Origin: Octopus vulgaris
Lineage: Eukaryota
NCBI GenBank assembly: GCA_951406725.2
Contig: OX597816.1
Location: forward strand, 99,758,001-99,822,000
Length of the DNA: 64,000 nt
Direction of reading: 5' to 3'
Shown: positions 55,989 to 64,000 of the stretch, in pieces
Layout of the letters: each line of letters begins with the position of its first letter
Position numbering within the stretch: position 1 is the stretch's first letter
Notes under the pieces: model-generated
Databases searched by the model: none
Seen by the model: only the letters and a program-made list of their open reading frames with translations
What the model was told of the DNA's origin: nothing
Translations under genes and position numbers: made by a program

Positions 55989-57135
55989 CATCATCATCAT
56001 CATCATCATCGTTTAACATCAGTTTTCTGTGCTACCACTGGTTGAACAGTTCGACCGGGGTCTGGGAAGCCAGGAGGCTGCACCAGGCTGCAGTCTGATC
56101 TGGCAGTGTTTCTACAGCTGGATGCCCTTCCTAACGCCAACGACTCCGTGAGTGTAGTGGGTGCTTTTTATGTGCCACCAGCACAGAAGCCAGTCAAGGC
56201 GGCACTGGCATGGCCATGTTTGGATGGTGCTTTTTATGTGTCACTGGCACAGGTATCACAACTACTATTTCCATTTGATATTTATTTCGATGTTCATGTA
56301 CTTGACTCAATAGGTCTCCTCAAGTACAGCAGGTTGTTCTGCAATCCAAGGTACTTTGAATGGGCTGGGGCTATGCAAAACTGGTGCAGGAAGCAGCCCG
56401 GTTCTTTGCAGTCACAGCATATCTGCAGAGATCTTGGTCCTTCATCATTGCCTCTGTGAAGCCCAATGCTCGGAGGTCATGCTTGACTACCTCATCCCAT
56501 ATCTTCCTGGGTCTACCTCTCCCCCTGATACCTTCAACTGTTTGGGAGTGGCACTTCTTCACACATCTCTCCTCATCCATCCGCAGTACATGACCATACC
56601 ATCGCAAGTGTCTCTCTTGCACACTACATCTGATGCTTCTTATGTCCAGCATTTCTCTCAGGGTGCTTATACTCTGTCGTGCATGTACACTGACATTACA
56701 CATCCAGCGGATCATGTTAACTTCATTTCTTTCAAGTCTATGCATGTCCTCTGCAGTCACAGCCTATGTTTCACTACCGTGAAGCATGGCAGTTTGCATA
56801 CATGCATCATACAATCTACCTTTTACTCTGAGCGAGAGACCCTTTGTCGCCAGTAGGGGTAGGAGCTTTGCCCAGGCTATTCGTATTCTAGTGGTGACAC
56901 TCTCTGAGGATCCGCCTCCACTACTAACTTGGTCACCTAGGTAGCGTAAACTATCAACTACTTCTAGTTTCTCCCCCTGGGGTGTGATGGAATCTGTTTT
57001 CTGAGTATCTGTGGTGTCTATTGTCCCTGTGCATCTGCCACACATGAAAGCTATCTTATCAGTTAATTTCCCTTTGATGTTGCTGCACCTCTTATGCATC
57101 CATAGCTTACACAGGGTACATCTTATGGAGTTTAT
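55989..57135 (-). mobile_element. 5'-truncated RTE LINE with PHD-like finger, RT C-terminus, 3' UTR and (GAT)n tail
   Basis: [18 protein letters not shown]; [12 protein letters not shown]; [26 protein letters not shown]; LRWYGHVLRM..RGRGRPRKIW. Confidence 0.92.
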
Positions 57136-57154
57136 GCATATATATGTATGCATA

Positions 57155-57206
<52 letters not shown>

Positions 57207-57320
57207 TATATGTATGTATATATGTATGTATATATGTATGTATATATGTATGTATATATGTATGTATATATGTATGTATATACATGTATGTATGTATATA
57301 TGTATGTATATACATGTATG

Positions 57321-57357
<37 letters not shown>

Positions 57358-57473
57358 TTATGTGTATATTTATGTATGTATATATGTATGTATATGTATG
57401 TATATATATATATGTGTGTGTATATATAATATATGTATGTATGTATGTATATGTATGTATATGTATGTATATA

Positions 57474-57830
57474 TGAGGACAGCTGATATCTTGAGTACTG
57501 AGGCAATGGTGCACAGGCACCAGTTATGTTAGACTGGACACCTTGTTAGAATGAAGTGTAGCAGGATTCCTAAGCAGATGCTATATGGGGAACTTTGAAT
57601 GGAAAAAGACCCTAGCAGAAACCAAGTCTGCAATTTAAGGACAGAGTCAAGTTTTCATTGAAGGCTTGTGGTATGTAGGAGACTAACTGGGAGAGCAATG
57701 CCTGTCATCACCACAGATAGAGGAGGTAGGGTAAGGAGGGGGTCGACAATTTTGAGAGAGCACATATTCTGCATGAAGAACTTAAGCATGTTAGAAAGCG
57801 CACTGCTGGTGTACTCTTCTATTTGTAGTT
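57474..57830 (+). mobile_element. RTE (BovB-like) LINE C-terminal fragment
   Basis: [37 protein letters not shown]...KACG...NWES. Confidence 0.8.
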
Positions 57831-58039
57831 TTACAAATGAGACAACTTTTTCAGTATATTTGCTACATTCTCCATGCATATTTACATATACTGAGAGATG
57901 CATGACTTTGGAGAGTTTTAACTCTTTCTAGCAAACAAGTGCATATTGTACACTAATTTTTAATATATATTTTGCATATTTTGCCTATCTGGTTATGCTT
58001 GCTGGCCACTTTATCATTATGTTTTCAAAGATAATGATA

Positions 58040-59330
58040 ACCTACTTGAATTTTGTATATATATATACTTAATGGTAATTAAAAACAACACCACAATCAC
58101 AACTGATATTTATTACAAAAGCACAGATACACACCATTGCCTAAATTTCAAATCATGCCAACCAGCACACACAAAACACAACATCCCGTCCTGTCATCAC
58201 CACAGATAGAGGAGGTAGGGTAAGGCGAGGAAAATTAGTGCTATAGTTGATGATCCAAATACCAGAAGCACTTGACTTATAGAACTCAAAGGATTTCTGC
58301 TCAAGCAACATTACCCTCACCTACTTATAGAAAATAGCATACAATGAGCAAAAGAGGTGCCTATAGAACAACTTGGAGTAACACAAAAAACACAAACCCA
58401 TCAAAGGAACACAATACCATTTCTAGTAACACACAATCCACATCACCAAAACATTTTTAACAGCATCAAAACAAATTTGCTAGTCACAAAACAAAATGAA
58501 GAACTAAAAAACATAATAACTAATCAAACACTTATCTTAAGCAAAAGGTAACCACATAACCTAAAGAAACTATTTACAAAGGCAAAATTCAACATGTACA
58601 ACTGGGACGACACATTCACAGAATCCAAGTGTAATGATTACAAATGTGGAATGTGTCAATACATGCATCCAGGTAGATCCATTAGAACAAAAGATGGACA
58701 GATTTTCACAAATGCAGGAATGAACTGCAAAAGCAGAAATTTGAACTATTGCATTAAATGCCTGAATTGCAAGGAATTATATATAGGCAAGACAAGGAAT
58801 GCATTTTCAGAATGTTCACAAGACCACAGACAACAAATCCAGAACTCTAATGTTCGCCAAATTCCATTGAGTGAACGTATAGAGACATGTGGTCAGAAAA
58901 TGTTTCTAATTTTTCCTTTCCACAAATTATTTGACACAAGGCAGTCTAGAAGAAAGATAAAAGAAAAACGGTTTATTTAAATATTCAAACCTGTTCTGAA
59001 TGGAAATAACAGCAATAATATAACAGCCAGTTAATGATGTGGATTAATAAGTATAAACAAGTTACAGAATATTGGTATGCCTGGCAAACCGTGATGTTTA
59101 AGAGCATGTGAATTGATCAAAAAAATATTCTAAAAACTCAGCTGATTGGAGTGTTCTATGAGGTACTAAAGTTGTCAAGAACTCAACTGTTTGTTATACA
59201 CATTTGAAATCTGATGAGTACACTATGTATGAAAGCGTCAATTTTATTAAAATACCATAATAAAAAACACAAAATCCAGACTATGTTTTAACTTTATTCA
59301 ACTGATATATTATTCTATACACATTCACAC
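58040..59330 (+). mobile_element. Decayed Penelope-like element (RT thumb, GIY-YIG and pLTR)
   Basis: TDIYYKSTDTHHCLNFKSCQPAHTKHNIP; CNDYKCGMC; MNCKSRNLNYCIKCLNCKELYIGKTRN..HRQQI; hammerhead motif downstream. Confidence 0.9.
59205..59246 (+). ncRNA. Minimal hammerhead motif
   Basis: tgaaat CTGATGA gtac actat gtat GAAA gc GTC a atttta. Confidence 0.6.
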
Positions 59331-59356
59331 AAAATCAAAACAAAATATATATGCAT

Positions 59357-59649
59357 GCCATCCGTTCGTGTCCGTTGGCAGCCTCGCCTGGCCCCCGTGC
59401 CGGTGGCACGTAAAAACACCATCCGTTTGTAGCCGTTTGCCAGCTCTGTCTGGCACCTGTGTAGGTGGCACGTAAAAAGCACCCACTACACTCACGGAGT
59501 GGTTGGCGTTAGGAAGGGCATCCAGCCGTAGAAACACTGCCAGATCTGACTGGGCCTGATGAAGCCTTCTGGCTTCACAGACCCCAGTTAAACCGTCCAA
59601 CCCATGCCAGCATGGAAAACGGACGCTAAATAATGATGATGATGATGAT
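59357..59649 (+). mobile_element. RTE 3' UTR fragment with (GAT)n tail
   Basis: Homologous to 6920-7208. Confidence 0.9.
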
Positions 59650-59656
59650 ATATATA

Positions 59657-60521
59657 CAGGATGTGATAGTTAAAGTGTTGCCATTGTATATTTTTAATTT
59701 TGCATATGTGCATTGTTTTTAATTTTCTCAGTTACTAGTCAACACTAGTAGGATCAGTTGGGTCCCATCTGTGAGAAAAACAGCACTATGACACAATTCA
59801 TTCTGCCAGAAATTTGGAACTGACCTACTGTACTGCTTGGCATTTGTACAGAAAGCTCCAATATGAATATTTGAGAGTGTTTAGGTGTCAATTTGAGGAT
59901 AGTGCAATCTGAGGACATGTACTGAGAGTGATAAAAACCAACCATTCAGTCATCATGGTATTTGAAGTGATCACTAGTGATGGTGACATTATGCCTCCAC
60001 ACAGCCTCAGACTCAACACAGAAGCCTGAATCAAGTGCCTAGAGGAGGTAGTGCTGCCCTGGGTCAAAAGGGTGGCTGCTGGAAAACCCTATGTCTGACA
60101 GCAAGACTCTGCACACAAGCAGGAGACCCCAGTCATGGCTGTCAGAAAATTTTTGCAACCACTTCACCCCTAACATCTGGCCATCTAACTCCCCAGACTG
60201 CAACTCCTTTGGTTATAATGTGTGGGATACAGTTGAGCATGAGACCAACAAAACTCCTTGTAACACCAATGATGAGCTGAAGGCAAGTATTATGGCAGTA
60301 TTCACCAACTTAAACAAGGAAACTATCCAGGAGAGTTTCAGGAGATCCAGAAGTCGTGTGGAGGCCATGGTTGAAGGCAGTGGTGATTTATTGAATAAAT
60401 TTATTCTTTTGTATTTCAAGATATTTTTATGTAATTTTAATAAATATATCTGTTAAAATGAGATGTCAGTGTTATTTTCATTTTTGCATAACTTAAACAA
60501 CATTTTATTCACTGCACCCTG
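59657..60521 (+). mobile_element. Internally deleted Tc1/mariner-superfamily element
   Basis: TA|caggatgtg ... cactgcaccctg|TA; WPSNSPDCNSFGYNVW catalytic-region motif. Confidence 0.85.
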
Positions 60522-60589
60522 TATATATATATATATATATATATATATTCATATAGCTGGTGAAAGAGTGACCAATGATTTCACTTTTA

Positions 60590-60760
60590 CAATCTTTCCT
60601 TTCCACAAACTACATGGCTCAAGGGAGGTTGGAAGAAAGATAAAAGAAAAATGGTTTATTAAAATGTTCAAACCTGTTCTGAATGGAAACAACAGCAATA
60701 ATATAACAATCAGTTAATGATGTGGATTAATAAGTATAAACAAGTTACAGAATATTGGTT
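60590..60760 (+). repeat. Direct repeat of the PLE ORF end and 3' UTR (58905-59077)
   Basis: ttcctttccacaaa...gttacagaatattggt is shared. Confidence 0.9.
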
Positions 60761-60833
60761 TGCTAAATACATTTCTGCTCTATGCTTTAGAGTGTGCTTC
60801 TTTTTTGGTTATGATACATTAACAATATATATA

Positions 60834-61430
60834 CAGGGTGCGATGGGTAAATTGATGCCATTTTATATTTTTAATTTTGCACATGTGCCTTGTTTGTTTT
60901 TGATTTTGGTTGATTGGGCACCATCTTTGAGGAAAACAGCACCATGATTTAATTCACTTTGCCAGGAATTTGGAAACAACATGCTCTATTGCTTGGCATT
61001 CATGCTGGAAGCTCTAATATGAACATTTCAAAGTGTTTGGATATTAATCTGAGGATGGTGCAATCTGCAGACATGTACCAAGTATGATAAAAATCAAACA
61101 TCCAGCCAGCATCATGCTTCCATTCATCTTCTCACATGACCTCAGATTCAACATGGAAGCCTACATCAAGTGCCTGCCAGGAAGAGCTCATGCTGTCCTG
61201 GGTCAAGACAAGAATTGCTGGAAGAGGCTATGTCTGGCAACATGACTGTGCACCATGCCACACAAGCTGGAGAACCCATTCATGACTGTCAGACAATTTG
61301 TGACCACATTACCCCTAACGTCTGGCCATCTAACTCCCCAGACTGCAACCCCCTTGATTAATGTGTGGGACACAGCTGAGCGAGAGACTTACAAAACTCC
61401 TTGTAACACCAAAGATGAACTGGAGGCAAG
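60834..61430 (+). mobile_element. Second, 3'-truncated copy of the 59657 Tc1/mariner-like element
   Basis: TA|cagggtgcg TIR; WPSNSPDCNPLD; colinear with 59657-60285. Confidence 0.85.
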
Positions 61431-62409
61431 CTTTGGTGCCAAGCTACCCTCAATAATAATAGTAACAACTTCTTTGATATAACCATGGGCTCCTCTGACT
61501 TCGCTTTGGTTGTAGATCCGGTCAGACTATACCTCCTCCAGTAACTCCACATATATTTTCCTAACATCAAGGGGAATTTGTATAGGGATGATGCATTGTT
61601 GGTTACTATAGGCCTAACTAAATCCATATTAGAGAAGACTAGAAAAGATTTACATAAATTCTTTGCTAATTTCAATTTATCTATAGATTTAAAATCTTCA
61701 CTATACTACCCCTACCATAAGCCTAATCAATACTTCAGATACATTAGCACAAACTCTAATCACCATAAATCTACCTTTGATAGTGTAATCAAAAGCATAT
61801 CTATTCAGATATTTGATCTCTCATCTATGGAGGAAATCTTCAATCACCATGCTACATACAACCAGGCACTAGCTGCTAGCAGCTTTTCCCAGCAAATTAA
61901 ATTCATAGCTAACACTAGGGTTAAAAAACACACATGTAAACTCAGTTCCAGTGGGACATGCCCCACTACTAGACATATTAACCCATCCACTATAGACAGA
62001 CAAAACTAAAACCCTGCTAGAAACCTAGAAGGACCATGTGTGAGACGCTCTCATTCACCCTGTGCTCAGCCCTATAACACTCAATCAAAATTCAAACTGA
62101 TAAACAACAATGAATCCTACAACTCTCCTCAAACAAATACTGTAGATTATATTTCCTCTATATTGCCTAATAAACATGGGGAAAGGCCAATTCTCTGGTT
62201 TACGCTCCTATTCACTTTAAACGTTAAGAGCTTAGCCAAAATCTTTTTTCAAATAGTAGACTCTAACTTCCCACATCTCCATAAGTACCATTCAATCTTC
62301 AACAGATCTACTCTGTAATTATTCCACTCCTCTCCACCCAATATAGAACCTATTGTTACCTCTTCCAATAAGTGTAAACTTAATTCCTACTACCTATATA
62401 TATATATAT

Positions 62410-62630
62410 AATTACGGTAATTCAAAATGTGACTGCATGTGTACCATTGGTGATTTTTTTTCCTCTGTCTTCCCTTCCTTGGATCTTTCCTTTTCCTATG
62501 TTTCTGACGAAGAGCTCTACTTGAAACATTAAACCCTCTTCTTTCCTGAGCGTCCAATAATACTATACTTGTTCCCCGTCCTCGCGTTGTTGTGTTTTCT
62601 CTTTGTGTTTTCATGTTTGGATTAACTATA
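62410..62630 (+). mobile_element. Solo pLTR nested in TA sequence within the PLE
   Basis: Similar architecture to 23290-23485; flanked by (TA)n. Confidence 0.65.
62500..62534 (+). ncRNA. Minimal hammerhead motif (CUGACGAA core, decayed helix II)
   Basis: gttt CTGACGAA gagc tct actt GAAACATT|aaac. Confidence 0.6.
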
Positions 62631-63750
62631 TATAATCCTAACATGGGTCAATACAGTGAAAACACTAACACCGAACATGATAGTATATACCACACCCATA
62701 ACCCTAGCACTATAACCAGTATAACCAGGATACAAGCATGTCCACTTCCAAGGTAGGTCAGAGTACAGCTAAAACGAATGTTAATGCTAATAGCACTACT
62801 AATGCTAATAATTCTAATACAACCAGTACTACCACTACACTAATACTATTACTATGACTAATCATAATAATAATAATAAAACAAGCCAATCCCCTAATAC
62901 CACCCTAAACTTTAACTTGTCCATAAATGGTACAGCATCTTCCCAATCCACAACTAACCTACATAAGACAGATAGTTGCAACTGCCAGTCCAGGACCAAA
63001 TGCCAACTGCATAAGGTTTAACATAGTATACAAATGCATTGTCCACAACATATAATTCTACTAGCTACTACATCAAGTCTACTATTAATTTTAAACAGAG
63101 ATATTCTGCACATCTAAACTCATTTAAATATGAAGAGCATAGCAAATCCATGTCCTTAGCCAACCACATACACCATCTGATAAATAGGAGAGTATCATAT
63201 AGGATATCCTGGGCTATAATAGATTCTGGCTTACTAAGGCCAGTGCTCTACATGTAGACTCTGTCTGAAAGGGCCTTCCAAATATTAATTCATAATTTGC
63301 CACAATTACTCAATAAACAGCATGAAGCATTTTCTACAAGCAAGCATAAGTTCTTTTGCACCTGTAGATTCTTCCATTGATCCAAATGCAAGCAAAACCA
63401 ATGCACATAACACTTGCCTATATGCATCCATGGTCATTACAATATATGTACGTTTTTCCTTTCCTTTTCTTCTCTATCAACATAAGTATCTGAGAAGCTA
63501 GCTAGCTTTAATTCATAAATTTTTAATTTCTAACTTTCAATTTTAAATTTTTAACTTAACTTTTTTAATTTTTAATTCTTTAATTCGTATCCTTTATCCA
63601 TTTAATTGTAATTTCATCCTATTTATACCCCTTAAGCTTGGTATCTATTTTTAACTATTCCTACTGGCCACTGGCCACACCCAATCTAGATTCCATCTAT
63701 TTAATAAGCATAAATATCTTTCCACTTTCACTTTATCAAAACCTTTATAT

Positions 63751-63802
63751 GCCAACTGTAGAAGAAGGATTAATGAAAATGCTTTAGCTTGAAAGTTTTG
63801 GC
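63751..63802 (+). ncRNA. Hammerhead-like motif (CUGUAGAA core) downstream of the PLE ORF
   Basis: gccaa CTGTAGAA gaagg...gctt GAAAGTT|ttggc; helix I gccaa/ttggc. Confidence 0.5.
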
Positions 63803-63939
63803 CATACTGAAGCACTGCCAATTGGTATAGCTACATTTTCATTAATCTTTTTTTACTAGTTGGCATTTGGTGAATGAGGGAGCTTGATGTTGCAGCTCTA
63901 AATTATACAAACACATGTATACATATTCTTATATTCTTT

Positions 63940-64000
63940 TTTTTTTTCTGTTTCAATTATCTTGACTATGGCCATGCTGGAGCACCACCTTTAGTCAAAC
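63940..64000 (-). mobile_element. 3' end of SINE family A, running off the window
   Basis: ttgactatggccatgctggagcaccacctttagtc. Confidence 0.75.

Larger units (their letters stand above)
61430..63830 (+). mobile_element. Decayed Penelope-like element (RT, linker, GIY-YIG and pLTR)
   Basis: ITMGSS..LYRDDALL (RT catalytic motif), YYPYHKPN..YISTNSNH, ILWF..F..NVK..YHSIFNRSTL, NFKQRYSAHLNSFK..LANHIH. Confidence 0.9.

Overview
AT-rich, microsatellite-laden eukaryotic DNA. The SINE, RTE and Penelope repertoire resembles a coleoid cephalopod, most likely Octopus; this is inferred from recalled repeat consensus and was not checked against a database. No host protein-coding gene can be supported, and nearly all long ORFs are translations of (TA)n/(CA)n/(TACA)n or trinucleotide repeats. 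The window is a graveyard of mobile DNA: Penelope-like retroelements (PLEs, RT and GIY-YIG remnants), RTE LINEs, three tRNA-derived SINE families, pogo/Tigger and Tc1/mariner remnants, hAT-like and other MITEs, and Helitrons. The most notable signal is about 9 hammerhead-ribozyme (HHR) motifs in 64 kb, all in PLE termini or PLE-like terminal fragments. They include a full type I HHR at both outward ends of a ~7.7 kb PLE with ~2 kb inverted arms (3211-10957), an HHR with a greatly extended helix II (13234-13322), and a family with a non-canonical CUG(U/A)NGAA core whose helix I covaries across copies. Other features are a near-perfect ~350-nt fold-back hairpin (10976-11326), a tandem concatemer of an RTE 3' UTR (5455-7208), a 36-bp templated insertion, and a CpG-retaining, promoter-like island (~28.5-33.3 kb). 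All structures were folded and aligned by eye, and coordinates of degenerate repeats are approximate.
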